DNA of 64,000 nucleotides, taken from NCBI GenBank assembly GCA_965279515.1, contig CBDIID010000003.1, forward strand, positions 1,184,001 through 1,248,000, in the 5' to 3' direction. Every line of letters starts with the position of its first letter. The stretch's first letter is position 1. The notes beneath the pieces are model-generated. The model made no database searches and was not told where the DNA came from. It saw only the letters and a list, made by a program, of their open reading frames with translations. Shown here piece by piece: positions 9,763-19,856 of the stretch. The translations under genes and the position numbers were made by a program. This DNA comes from Turneriella sp. Lineage in GTDB: Bacteria > Spirochaetota > Leptospiria > Turneriellales > Turneriellaceae.

Positions 9763-10941
9763 TTGGTTTCTGCGGCGACGCTGCTTTTTGCCGCCTGCAG
9801 TAAAAATAACCTGCGCGGAAAATTCTCCGAACAGGGCGAACAACACAACCTCGCGGAATTTCTCGCAGGTCACAATGTGCCTGAATCGAGTGTCTTTTTC
9901 CCTGCCACGCAGAAACCATTGTATGAGCGCCACCAGGCGTACATGCAGAAACTGCAGGAGCAGATCTTCTCACGCCACGTCGCACAAATCCATGCCTGGC
10001 AAACTGCTACGGGTTTCAAAGCAACTTCGCGGACGGCGGCATACTTTTTGAGCGGCGCCGATGTGCCCAACCTGATTACGTTTTTCCCCGAATGCCGTGA
10101 GTACCTGATGGTGGCATTACAACCGGCTTCTGAAATCGGCGACCCGGCGGCGCTGAGCGATTTCGATCTGAATCGTTCGCTGGAACGTCTGCGCCTCACC
10201 ATGCGTGATATCTCGGCGCGTAACTATTTCCGCAGCAAAGTACTCAATAATTCGGCTAAAAATGTGGGATTTCCAGGAATGGCGCCGATCATCCTTGCCT
10301 TTCTCGCGGGCATGAACAAAGACGTCGTGGCTTTCGAGAATGTTGAATTGAACGCCGATGGCACCTTAACGCAGGCGGGTGATTCCGCGGCATCTGCCGG
10401 TTTCCGCGTCTACTTCCGGGAACCGGGCGACGGTGAAATACGTACGCTCGTCTATCTCAGTATGCGCATTACACCTGAATTCAACGGACCCGACAGTCCC
10501 GAAGGCAGGCTGATTGCACGTTTGGGTCCGCTCAACCTGCTCTTCAAGGCGGCCATTTACCTATTCCATGAGGTGCCATACGCTAACCTCGCCCGCTCCC
10601 TCCTCAAACAAGGCAATCTGGTCGTGCAGGATGATTCGGGAATTCCCTTGAATCTGTTTGAACAGGGTGAGTGGCATTTTGCCCCCTTTGGCATATACGA
10701 GCGCACCGCCCGGCTCAATGACCTGCGTACCTACCCATTACAAACCGAACTCCGCGACCTGTTCCGGCAGGACGCGCAGCCGCTCGATTTCTCGTTCGGA
10801 TACGGCTCCTGGGCGGGACGCTCTAACCTGCTTTGGGCCAGCCGGGTCAAACCGCCTGCCCAGGCAAAAAAATTGACGGGCCATTTAGAACGTAGTCTTA
10901 GACGGCATGGCATCCACACCGAAGAAAAAGCCCCTGATTGA
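9763..10941 (+). CDS. Hypothetical lipoprotein
   Basis: 392-aa ORF with lipobox-like LFAAC and globular body (YFLSGAD, KAAIYLFH, VQDDSGIP, FSFGYG); TTG start is uncertain. Confidence 0.7.
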   Translation: MVSAATLLFAACSKNNLRGKFSEQGEQHNLAEFLAGHNVPESSVFFPATQKPLYERHQAYMQKLQEQIFSRHVAQIHAWQTATGFKATSRTAAYFLSGADVPNLITFFPECREYLMVALQPASEIGDPAALSDFDLNRSLERLRLTMRDISARNYFRSKVLNNSAKNVGFPGMAPIILAFLAGMNKDVVAFENVELNADGTLTQAGDSAASAGFRVYFREPGDGEIRTLVYLSMRITPEFNGPDSPEGRLIARLGPLNLLFKAAIYLFHEVPYANLARSLLKQGNLVVQDDSGIPLNLFEQGEWHFAPFGIYERTARLNDLRTYPLQTELRDLFRQDAQPLDFSFGYGSWAGRSNLLWASRVKPPAQAKKLTGHLERSLRRHGIHTEEKAPD

Positions 10942-11122
10942 CAAATTACTCATTCTGGGCGGCGCGGTCACATTTATCGGCTTAACAGTATCCTTTTCAC
11001 CGATGCTGTGGATGGCCACAATTCTCGCTGTATTACCCGTTGTAGCGATGACAATCCTGCTGACGCCTACCCTGCACCTCAACATCGTTGAGCGTCAGAC
11101 AGAAGAAAACCGCGAGAAATAA
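10907..11122 (+). CDS. Small two-TM membrane protein
   Basis: 71 aa with two hydrophobic stretches; fills the gap before ribB. Confidence 0.55.
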   Translation: MASTPKKKPLIDKLLILGGAVTFIGLTVSFSPMLWMATILAVLPVVAMTILLTPTLHLNIVERQTEENREK

Positions 11123-11209
11123 AGCGGCTGAGGCCGGGTCTACCGGTACTGATCGTGGTTGGCGCAGGCATCACATTATTCCAGCGTCAACCCGGTATCA
11201 TCCCTAACC

Positions 11210-12337
11210 ATGCTTAAACGACTTCGCAAACTTCCGCTCCTGGGTCGCCGTGACAATAGTATCGTCAATGTGGCTGAGGCCCTGGCGGCATTCAAGGCGG
11301 GCAAGATGCTCGTCGTTACCGATTCAGAAGACCGCGAGAACGAAGGCGATCTTGTACTTTCAGCCGAAGACACTACACCCGAAGCGGTAAATTTTATGGC
11401 AAAATACGGCCGCGGGCTTATCTGTGTGCCCGTCACTGCGACGCGGGCACGCGAGCTCAATCTGCAGCCGATGGTTAAACGCAATGAAGACGAACGCCGC
11501 ACGGCATTTACCGTGTCCGTCGACGCGAAAGAAAAAACTTCGACCGGCATTTCGGCGCAGGACCGCTTTTATACGATTAAAAAACTGGCTGAACCCGCTT
11601 CACGCGCGAAGGATTTCATGCGGCCCGGGCATATTTTTCCCCTGGTCGCCCGCGACGGCGGCGTGCTCGTGCGTGCGGGACACACGGAAGCCGCGGTCGA
11701 TCTTTGCCGTCTCACGGGCAAGCAGCCCGTCGGCGTGATCTGCGAAATCATGAACAGTGACGGTACGATGGCGCGTATGCCCGATCTCATGAAGTTTGCG
11801 CGCGAACACCGCCTGCCGATTCTCACGATCGAAGCGCTCATAGAATACCGCCGCAAGAGCGAACAGACGGTGGCGTTTTCACACAAAACCAAACTCAAAA
11901 CCAAATGGGGCGAATTCACCGCTTATTACTACAACTCCGCGACCGACGACAACATCCACCTGGCGCTGACCGTCGGCAAGGTCGACGGCAATGCGCCCGT
12001 ACTCGTGCGCGTACACCGCGAAGACGTTTTGGCCGACGTCTTTAAAACCCCCGTACGCAAAAACTATCTGCCCATCGATGACGCGATGAGTGCACTCACC
12101 AAAGCCAAAAAAGGCGTCTTTCTCTTCCTCGGGCAGAAATCTTCGCAGGCGCTCGGCGACAGCGAAGCGGATTCGACGCTCAGGCAGTATGGCATCGGCG
12201 CGCAGATCTTAAACCACCTCGGTGTAAAGAAGATCAAGCTGCTCACGCGCAACCCGCGCCGGGTTGTGGGCCTCGAGGCCTTTGGCCTTGAAATAGTCGA
12301 AACTGCGACGGGCGGCAACCAGCCGCGCGCAAAATAA
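11210..12337 (+). CDS. ribB: 3,4-dihydroxy-2-butanone-4-phosphate synthase fused to a degenerate GTP cyclohydrolase II-like domain
   Basis: DRENEGD, GRGLICV, TAFTVSVD, TGISA.DR, PGHIFPL and RAGHTEA motifs. The C-terminal domain keeps VRVH and YGIGAQIL but lacks the zinc cysteines. ATG 11210 preferred as start. Confidence 0.9.
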   Translation: MLKRLRKLPLLGRRDNSIVNVAEALAAFKAGKMLVVTDSEDRENEGDLVLSAEDTTPEAVNFMAKYGRGLICVPVTATRARELNLQPMVKRNEDERRTAFTVSVDAKEKTSTGISAQDRFYTIKKLAEPASRAKDFMRPGHIFPLVARDGGVLVRAGHTEAAVDLCRLTGKQPVGVICEIMNSDGTMARMPDLMKFAREHRLPILTIEALIEYRRKSEQTVAFSHKTKLKTKWGEFTAYYYNSATDDNIHLALTVGKVDGNAPVLVRVHREDVLADVFKTPVRKNYLPIDDAMSALTKAKKGVFLFLGQKSSQALGDSEADSTLRQYGIGAQILNHLGVKKIKLLTRNPRRVVGLEAFGLEIVETATGGNQPRAK

Positions 12338-13246
12338 ATGCCGGCAACGGAACAAGCGGCAATCAGGCCATTGACGCTCACCGCAAACTTCTTGCGGATG
12401 ATCAAATTTTCGCACACGCTCTTTGCATTGCCCTTTGCTCTCGCGGCGACACTCGTTGTCTTCACGCGTTACGGCCATGAAGTCGTGTTCACGCCATGGA
12501 AAGCGCTGCTGATTGTCGCGGCTTTCACTGGCATGCGCAGTTTTGCGATGGCGGTTAACCGGCTCGCCGACCGCCATGTGGACGCGAAAAATCCCCGCAC
12601 CGCAAACCGTGAAATACCGGCAGGCAAACTCAGTGCAGGCACCGTTGCCGTATTCGCCGTCTTATCGCTGCTGGTTCTGGTGGTAAGCGGCTGGTTTCTG
12701 CATCCGCTGGCCGGCTATCTGGCACTGCCCGCCGCAGCCATGGTCGCGGGTTATAGCTATGCGAAGCGCTTCACCTGGCTTTGCCATTTCTGGCTCGGTG
12801 CGGCGATCGGCCTTGCCCCCATCGCCGTCTATATTGCTCTTTTGCAGCGGGTTCATAGCGAAGCGATACTCATGAGCGCCACGCTGCTCTTCTACATCGC
12901 CGGTTTTGATATTCTCTACGCGCTGCAAGACCATGAATTCGATGCGGCACAGAAGCTCCACTCGGTACCTGTTCGTTTCGGCATTGCGGGAGCGATGTGG
13001 ATTTCACGGGCCTCGCACGTTATCGCACTGGCAACCATTGCTGCTCTTATTTATACGCTGCGCCTGAACTTCGTCAGCTGGGGATTCTTGCCCATTCTGA
13101 CGGGTTTGTTATTCGCCGAGCATCTGCTCGTCGGATCGCCCGATAAACCGGACTATGAGAAAATTCCCGTCGCGTTCTTCCATGTCAACACCGTGTTTAG
13201 CGGTGTTTTCCTGGCGACGATCGCGGTGGGCTTGTTCCTTACTTAG
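12338..13246 (+). CDS. UbiA-family prenyltransferase (MqnP/4-hydroxybenzoate polyprenyltransferase-like)
   Basis: IKFSHTLFALPF, NRLADRHVDAKNPRT, YSYAKRF and FDILYALQD motifs; multi-TM. Confidence 0.9.
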   Translation: MPATEQAAIRPLTLTANFLRMIKFSHTLFALPFALAATLVVFTRYGHEVVFTPWKALLIVAAFTGMRSFAMAVNRLADRHVDAKNPRTANREIPAGKLSAGTVAVFAVLSLLVLVVSGWFLHPLAGYLALPAAAMVAGYSYAKRFTWLCHFWLGAAIGLAPIAVYIALLQRVHSEAILMSATLLFYIAGFDILYALQDHEFDAAQKLHSVPVRFGIAGAMWISRASHVIALATIAALIYTLRLNFVSWGFLPILTGLLFAEHLLVGSPDKPDYEKIPVAFFHVNTVFSGVFLATIAVGLFLT

Positions 13247-15368
13247 GTTCTTCTGTCTGAACGTCTGGCTTAGCCACCGGGGCAGGCTCGTCTTTTTTCT
13301 CAGCTGGCTTAACTACCGGCGCCTCTTCTACCACAGCGACTGTGATGAAAATGTCTGAGCGCCGGTTCTTTTGCCGTTTCGCGTCGCTGTTGTCGTTCAC
13401 ATAGCGGCGCCGCGACTTACCCGCACTCTTCACGGAAATTTTCTTTGCCGAGACACCCTTTTCAACGAGCAGTTTCTTCGCAAATTCGGCGCGGCGTTTC
13501 GCCAGCTGGCGGTTATACGGCGCAGTGCCGCGGCTGTCGCCGTGGCCAATGATCACAATTTTTTGTCCCGGGTTCTGTTTGATGCGTTTGGCGACACTTT
13601 TCAGGAAAGCTTCTTCGTCGCCTGCCAGTTTATCCGCCACGTTATTGGCGAAGTAGAGGCGCCCCAGGAATTTAAGCGTTGTTTTCGCCGCGGGGGCCGG
13701 TTTCACTTCGCTCTTTTTATCTTCGTCATCCGGCTTTACAACGGGTTTTTCGGCGGGTTTGGGTTTGACCGCCTCGGCATTTTTTTCGCCCATCACAAAT
13801 TTGACGGTTACAATTTCCGGGATTTTACCCTGGTACTGGTCGAGAATTTCGCTGAATGGCTTACGCGAATCGAGTGCCGGTAGACCCTTTTTCTTCGCCT
13901 GTACTTCGACAACATAACCGTCGAGCGCCGCAATCGCCGCCTCTTCGGATTTGAAATCCGCCGTATTTAATATAGTCAGAAGGGCCTTGCCTTTAGATAT
14001 TTTCAGCGCCTTGGCCTTTTTACCAGCCGGCAGCAGGCGGTATTTACCCTGCGGCGAAACAGTTTTTCCCGCTGCATCCGCGAATACCATTTCAAGTTTC
14101 AGCGTCTTTGGCAGTTTGATGTCGCGTACGAGGCGGAAATCTTTTTCGATCGCCTGGCTTTGGTGAATCGGGCGTGTATCCAGGCTTTCTTTAATCGTAC
14201 GGTAACCCGGGGCTTCGACCACGATGTCATATTGTTTTTGTGTGGCAAGGTTCAGTCCATAGACGCCTTTTTTATCCGGAGATGTTTCTGCAGTCGTCTT
14301 AAAATTACCCGCAGTGATCTCCACTTTCGCTGCAACAATCTTGTCTCCCAGGCCAGAGAGGGTCTTGCCTTTAATCGATACGCGCATGATGGGCCGGGCG
14401 AACATCGGCACAATGGCGCGGTAAATGTCGAACGCACCCAGGCCTTCGGGACGATTAGAGGTAAAATAGACGCGATCCCCCAGGGCGGTTACAGTCGGGT
14501 ACTCATCATCAAACTCCGAGTTAAAAGGTTTACCCAGGTTCAGCGGATTACTCCAGCCTTCGGAGATGATGTCTTTGGCTTCGGCATCGGCGAGCCGCGA
14601 GACAGATTGTGTAAAATAGATATCATAACCACCGACACCGCCAGAGTGGTTCGAGGAGAAATAGAGTGTGATGCCGTCGCTGTGGATCGCCGGCGTCACT
14701 TCTGACGCGGCCGTATTGATGGAACCGGCGTTGCGTGGTGTACCCCATTTCCCGGTGACGGGATCCATTTCACTCACCCAGATATCGTCTCCGCCCTTGC
14801 CGCCTAAACGATCCGATGAAAAGAACAGGAATTTGCCGTCTTCTGAAATGGACGGCATGCGGTCGTGAAAGTCCGTATTGATCTCTGCGACAGGAACCGG
14901 CTCGGCCCACTTACCGCCTTTCCAGACGGTATAATAGATGTTGGTGAGAGCGGGCCCAGGCCGCGTGGCTGAGGCAAAGGAAGAAAAATACATTTCATGC
15001 TCGCCATTGGGTAATTTGCGCAGTGTGGGATGACCATCCAGAGACGCAGAATTCACCGGAAGACCGACGTTTGCGGCAACATCAAAAACCGGTTCGTCGA
15101 CGCCCCTGTTCTTGGCCGTGTTCTTCGAATACCAAAGGTCGAAATCGCCTTCGGGACCTGCCGACGGCTCACGGTTCGATTGAAAAAACAGATATTTTTC
15201 ATCGGGCGTAATGAATGGCGTATATTCGCTGTCGCGGGTATTGATGCCCGGCCCAAGATTTTTGACCCCGGCGACTTCGTTGGGAGTAATCGGGTAGTTG
15301 GCGTCTGCCGCCGAAAGCGCGCTGGCGCCGATGAATATGAGTGTGGTTGCTTTTTTGAAAATGAACAT
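13239..15368 (-). CDS. Secreted PD40 (WD40-like) repeat protein with C-terminal OmpA peptidoglycan-binding domain
   Basis: Signal peptide; repeated P.I..DG..LYFSS.R.GG.G..DIY units; OmpA motif GHGDSRG..YN.QLA.RRA...NRR. Confidence 0.88.
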   Translation of the reverse strand: MFIFKKATTLIFIGASALSAADANYPITPNEVAGVKNLGPGINTRDSEYTPFITPDEKYLFFQSNREPSAGPEGDFDLWYSKNTAKNRGVDEPVFDVAANVGLPVNSASLDGHPTLRKLPNGEHEMYFSSFASATRPGPALTNIYYTVWKGGKWAEPVPVAEINTDFHDRMPSISEDGKFLFFSSDRLGGKGGDDIWVSEMDPVTGKWGTPRNAGSINTAASEVTPAIHSDGITLYFSSNHSGGVGGYDIYFTQSVSRLADAEAKDIISEGWSNPLNLGKPFNSEFDDEYPTVTALGDRVYFTSNRPEGLGAFDIYRAIVPMFARPIMRVSIKGKTLSGLGDKIVAAKVEITAGNFKTTAETSPDKKGVYGLNLATQKQYDIVVEAPGYRTIKESLDTRPIHQSQAIEKDFRLVRDIKLPKTLKLEMVFADAAGKTVSPQGKYRLLPAGKKAKALKISKGKALLTILNTADFKSEEAAIAALDGYVVEVQAKKKGLPALDSRKPFSEILDQYQGKIPEIVTVKFVMGEKNAEAVKPKPAEKPVVKPDDEDKKSEVKPAPAAKTTLKFLGRLYFANNVADKLAGDEEAFLKSVAKRIKQNPGQKIVIIGHGDSRGTAPYNRQLAKRRAEFAKKLLVEKGVSAKKISVKSAGKSRRRYVNDNSDAKRQKNRRSDIFITVAVVEEAPVVKPAEKKDEPAPVAKPDVQTEEPK

Positions 15369-15394
15369 ATGTTCCCTTTCAGCCGGAATCTATT

Positions 15395-16708
15395 TCAAGG
15401 ACGTACTGCCGAGAAAAACTTGAGACAACGCTCGCGTGCAAATTTGTGATCGATCATGGGCTCTGGGCGCGCAGTGCCAAAAAAGTTATCACTGGCGCCA
15501 AGCCAACGTGTGATATACTCACCATTAGGATCAAATTTCTTCTGCTGCTCCGCCGGATTGAAAATACGGAAGTATGGCGCCGCGTCTACACCGATGCCCG
15601 CACTCCATTGCCAGCCCCCGACATTCGACGCCAGTTCAAAATCGAGCAGATGCTGGGCAAAAAAATGCTCTCCCCAGCGCCAGTCGCATAACAAATGTTT
15701 TGTCAGAAACGAAGCTACGACCATGCGCACACGGTTGTGCATAAAACCGGTCTCGACGAGTTCCCGTATGCCGGCATCAACAAGCGGATATCCCGTTTCA
15801 GCGGCCGTCCATTTTTTGAAATCAGCCTCTGTTCCCGGCCATCTCAGCTTCTCATACTGTGCACGAAACGGTTTCTTCACCGTCTGCGGATAATACCAGA
15901 TAATCATCTGGTAAAATTCACGCCAGATCAGTTCCGTGAGATATTTGAGACTGAGATGGCGTGCTTTCGCTGCCAATGCGCGGATCGAAATGGTACCGAA
16001 ACGCAGGTGCAATCCCAGGCGGGATGTCCCTGGTAGCGCGGGAATATCGCGTGTCTTTTCATAGTTTTGAATCAGCGTATCCGCCACCTCTGCTGAGGGC
16101 GCGTTGAACTTATTCTCTATAAAGCCCAGGTCCTGAAGCGACGGGTTCTGGTACGCTTCTGTCGGCGGCAGAAATTTACCGGCCTGGAGATGCAGGTTGT
16201 AACCCGGGAAACCCAGTTCAAAACGTTCGAGCCAGCGCCGGGAATATGGAGTGAATACATTGTATGGGGTGCCATCGTCTTTGAGTACTTCGTGCGGGGC
16301 GAAGATGACATGGTCCTTGACGCTGATGAATTCGCCGCCTTTTTTCCGGCAGAGAGCGGCAACGGCCAAATCACGCTCGCGCGCATACGGTTCGTAATCT
16401 TCATTACAAAAGACCGCCGCGACGTTAAACCCGGCCAAAAGCCGGTCATAGATTTCAGCCGGTTTGCCATAAAAAATCCGCAGCGCGCCATCCCGCGCGG
16501 CGAGCTGTGTGTTTAACCGCTGTAATGTCTGAAAAATAAATGTGACGCGCCGGTCATCCCTGAGTTTCAGCTTTTCGAGAATACCTGTGTCGAAAATAAA
16601 AACCGGCAGAACCGGGAGCCCGGTCTTCAGCGCCGCATTCAGCGCTGAATTATCTTCGAGCCGTAAATCGCGGCGAAACCAATGGACCGCAATTTTTTCG
16701 GACTGCAT
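15395..16708 (-). CDS. phrB: Deoxyribodipyrimidine photolyase
   Basis: WFRRDLRLEDN, TSRL..HLRFGTIS, ELIWREFY, TGYPLVDAG.R.L..TGFMHNRVRM and WQWSAG motifs; ATG 16708 preferred. Confidence 0.95.
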   Translation of the reverse strand: MQSEKIAVHWFRRDLRLEDNSALNAALKTGLPVLPVFIFDTGILEKLKLRDDRRVTFIFQTLQRLNTQLAARDGALRIFYGKPAEIYDRLLAGFNVAAVFCNEDYEPYARERDLAVAALCRKKGGEFISVKDHVIFAPHEVLKDDGTPYNVFTPYSRRWLERFELGFPGYNLHLQAGKFLPPTEAYQNPSLQDLGFIENKFNAPSAEVADTLIQNYEKTRDIPALPGTSRLGLHLRFGTISIRALAAKARHLSLKYLTELIWREFYQMIIWYYPQTVKKPFRAQYEKLRWPGTEADFKKWTAAETGYPLVDAGIRELVETGFMHNRVRMVVASFLTKHLLCDWRWGEHFFAQHLLDFELASNVGGWQWSAGIGVDAAPYFRIFNPAEQQKKFDPNGEYITRWLGASDNFFGTARPEPMIDHKFARERCLKFFSAVRP

Positions 16709-16713
16709 TCGGC

Positions 16714-18282
16714 TTACCGCGTCGCACGATGCCATTCCTTTTCATAATAATGCACAAGGCTCTGCGTCATCAGTGTCTGCACCTCGGTTTCGACACGCGC
16801 CATATCGCCGGGAAAATTGCTCATTGCCTGAAGAATATCCTTCGTCAGAAAACGCAACTTTTTCTCCATCGGAAGCTGCGACGGCATACTTACCGGCTGC
16901 AGCGAAAACGCCACAAAACCCCATTCGCCGAAACTGGGCACATAGGTGTGGTATGGCAGAGTCTTATAGCCGGAAGCGGCGATCGTATTGTGAATGCACC
17001 AAAAGGCCGTGCGTGCCACGAAGGGAGATGTCGACTGCGTCACCGCCACGGCGCCGGGCGCCATCACGCGCTTCAGCCGTTTGAAGAAGAGATCGGAATA
17101 GAGTTTGCCGATCGAAAAATTTCCGGGATCCGGAAAATCGAGAATGACGACATCATACAGTGTCTTGGGTTTCTGGATAAAAATAAACGCGTCTTCATGA
17201 TAGACTGTGACACGCTTATCGGCAAGCGCATTCCTGTTCAGCTCCTTAAGCCAAATGTGTTCACGAGCCAGCCTGGTCATCGCGGGGTCAATATCGACAA
17301 GGTCCACACGGGCCAGGTTTTCATAGCGTAAAAACTCGCGTATCGCCAAGCCATCCCCACCACCCATGATCAATACGTTAAAAGGTTGCCCGGCATTTTT
17401 TCTGCCGTCGAAGAGCATTTGCACGGGAACATGAACCAGGGCCTCATGGTACCGGTATTCATCAAAGCTGTTGAACTGCAGGTTATTATTCAAAAACAGT
17501 GAAAAGTGCTCATGCCACGATGTGATGACGATCTTCTGGTAATGCGACTGTTCCGAATAAACCACGGGATCGGTATGCAATTCATGATCCAGGAAACTCT
17601 GTAATGGTTTCGAATAGACGAGCCCCGTGACCAGCGCCAGCAGCACGACGCAGGCTTTCAGCAGCTGGCTTTTCAGGCGGATCTGTTTTTGAAAGATATA
17701 AATGGCGACAAATGCCACAAGGACGTTGAGGATACCTGCGAGAATTGAGGCGCGCACAAGACCCACCTCGGGCCGCAGCAGCAAAATGGGAAAACTCACC
17801 GCTGCGACGAGGCCGCCGATATAGTCGAGCGACAGCACGCGGGCCACAAGATCACGAAAATTCATGCGGTCTTTGAGTATGCGCAACAGAATCGGAATTT
17901 CAAGACCGACAAGCGAACCGACAAGAATCAGCAACAGGTAGAGCACATACGCATAGTGCTCGGTAAAAGAAAATGCGAGAAATAACAAGGGAGCCGCAGC
18001 GCCGCCGATCAGCGCCAGTACGATTTCAAGCTCGATAAATTTTTCTATCGGATCACGGATGATAAAACGGCTGAGATAAGACCCCACCCCCATGGCAAAA
18101 AGATAGACACCGATGGTGCGCGAGAATTGGGTGACGCTGTCGCCCAAAAGGTAACTCGAAACCGTACCCGCGATCAGCTCGTAGATGAGGCCGCATGCGG
18201 CGATCAGAAACGCCGAGAACAGCAGCAATCCGCTCTGGATTTTGGTTTTTCGCTGCGCGTCGGCGCCAAATCTGGCGGCCAT
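16714..18282 (-). CDS. speE: Polyamine aminopropyltransferase with N-terminal membrane domain
   Basis: CGLIYEL membrane module, DEYRYHEALVH, GGGDG, DFPDP and VPSFGEWGF motifs. Confidence 0.9.
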   Translation of the reverse strand: MAARFGADAQRKTKIQSGLLLFSAFLIAACGLIYELIAGTVSSYLLGDSVTQFSRTIGVYLFAMGVGSYLSRFIIRDPIEKFIELEIVLALIGGAAAPLLFLAFSFTEHYAYVLYLLLILVGSLVGLEIPILLRILKDRMNFRDLVARVLSLDYIGGLVAAVSFPILLLRPEVGLVRASILAGILNVLVAFVAIYIFQKQIRLKSQLLKACVVLLALVTGLVYSKPLQSFLDHELHTDPVVYSEQSHYQKIVITSWHEHFSLFLNNNLQFNSFDEYRYHEALVHVPVQMLFDGRKNAGQPFNVLIMGGGDGLAIREFLRYENLARVDLVDIDPAMTRLAREHIWLKELNRNALADKRVTVYHEDAFIFIQKPKTLYDVVILDFPDPGNFSIGKLYSDLFFKRLKRVMAPGAVAVTQSTSPFVARTAFWCIHNTIAASGYKTLPYHTYVPSFGEWGFVAFSLQPVSMPSQLPMEKKLRFLTKDILQAMSNFPGDMARVETEVQTLMTQSLVHYYEKEWHRATR

Positions 18283-18285
18283 CGC

Positions 18286-19545
18286 TTAGAAACGGCCCAG
18301 CTGGCGCATCAGCTCGAGTTCACCGATGTCGATTTTGCTGAGGCGCGCGATCTCATCGAGGGGAATATTATTTTCCGTCAGCGCACGCAGCGCCTGCTTA
18401 CGGTAACCGTTGTCTTTCACCAGCGAGTCGATAAGAAAATTCACAGTATGGCGATCGAGTTCTTTCACCACGAGATTATTGCGCCGCGGTGCCTCAGCCA
18501 CTGCCATAGGGGCGCGCTGCGTTTGCGGTTCAGCCAGCGGTTGCATACGCGCGGCAGGACTTTCGGCCTGCACTGCATGGCGGGCGCGCGGCTCATTCGC
18601 TGTCTTCAGGTTCTGGAATGAATCGCCCGCGGCGTAGAATTCGGCCTTGGCTTCGACTTCAGCGCGTTCGCGCTCTGCCTGCTTTTCAGCCTTGATCTGT
18701 TCAGCCCGGCGCAGGACTTCGCTGAAATCTGAAGCGGCCTTGGCAGGCCCTACCACCGGTGGCGCCGTACGCGTCAGCTCAGGTTTTGCCGCTGTTCCCT
18801 GCGGCGCCGGTTTTTCGCCAAAGAGCACGGGTTCTATAGCTTTGCCCAGGCGCGAAAAGAAATTCGCCATGCCGGGCGATTCGGCGCGCTCGGGCACAGG
18901 GGCTGGCGCACTTGCGACGGGTGCAGCAGTTTTTTTCTGCGATAACTCCACCTCGTCTTTGAGAAACAAATCTTTCATCAGTTCTTCGGCGATCGCAGAA
19001 TCATCGCCATCGGGATAAACCTCAGCCATGGGACGCCGGATCTCTGCCGCGGGCATCACCTCAACCGCGCGGCGCGGTGCCACCTGCGGTTGTGGCACTT
19101 CCCTTACGACGGAAGGTTTTGGTGCAGGTTTCGCCTGCACGACGGGCGTGGTCGGCTTTTTCGAAGCAACTGCTTTCGCTTTGACGTGGGGCTTTGCCTT
19201 TGCGGCCGCTTTCTTATCGTTCTTTTTATCGCGGCGGGTAGCCACAGGCGCCTCTGGCGCTACGCTGACTGCCGGTTCTGGTACAACCTCCGGCCTCGGA
19301 GCTTCAGCATCACGCAACACGGCTTCATTGCGTTCCACCAAAACGCGGAATCTCTGGATGCGGTTCTCAAAGAGCGCCGCATAACCTTCCATCTCGCGGT
19401 AGAATTCCTGCATGTCCGCGTGGATGCGGGTTTTGTAAAATTCCTTGATTTGCAGATCGACCTGGCGGCTGATTTTCAGCGAAAGCAACACATATAAAAG
19501 CGCGGTCATGCAGACGAAGAGCAAAATCGCGATGCCGATTTCCAT
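18286..19545 (-). CDS. Membrane-anchored hypothetical protein with coiled coil, low-complexity linker and C-terminal HTH-like motif
   Basis: N-terminal TM, Pro/Ala/Lys-rich middle, C-terminus IPLDEIARLSKIDIGELELMR. Confidence 0.75.
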   Translation of the reverse strand: MEIGIAILLFVCMTALLYVLLSLKISRQVDLQIKEFYKTRIHADMQEFYREMEGYAALFENRIQRFRVLVERNEAVLRDAEAPRPEVVPEPAVSVAPEAPVATRRDKKNDKKAAAKAKPHVKAKAVASKKPTTPVVQAKPAPKPSVVREVPQPQVAPRRAVEVMPAAEIRRPMAEVYPDGDDSAIAEELMKDLFLKDEVELSQKKTAAPVASAPAPVPERAESPGMANFFSRLGKAIEPVLFGEKPAPQGTAAKPELTRTAPPVVGPAKAASDFSEVLRRAEQIKAEKQAERERAEVEAKAEFYAAGDSFQNLKTANEPRARHAVQAESPAARMQPLAEPQTQRAPMAVAEAPRRNNLVVKELDRHTVNFLIDSLVKDNGYRKQALRALTENNIPLDEIARLSKIDIGELELMRQLGRF

Positions 19546-19856
19546 ATGCTAAGGGTCGGCGTGGCGCAGAGGCTGTCAAGAATTATGTCACATCATTCCA
19601 ACGTTGCCCCGGACCGGGCGAGAACCAAACTGAACCCCTTTGGGCATGATAGCTGTTTTTCAACTGCATTGCAGCGTGAATGGGTATGGGGTGAGTATTG
19701 CGTTTTTTTTCCGGCGACCTCTGTATTTTACCGGAGCCTCCACTGTGTATTGCATCAAGCATCGCCGAAACGTGAAAACTCGTCGTCGTGAAAATCGAGC
19801 CGGCATCAGTCCGAAGATTTTGTTCAGGATTCACAATCCTGTTTTTTGGAGGACAA

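Noticed and set aside
11123..11210. FMN riboswitch upstream of ribB (also checked before ribH)
   Set aside because: The intergenic space is too short and no RFN consensus is visible.
19546..19856. ncRNA or small ORFs in the divergent intergenic region
   Set aside because: No recognisable RNA family motif; the ORFs lack an RBS and protein-like features; most likely promoter DNA.
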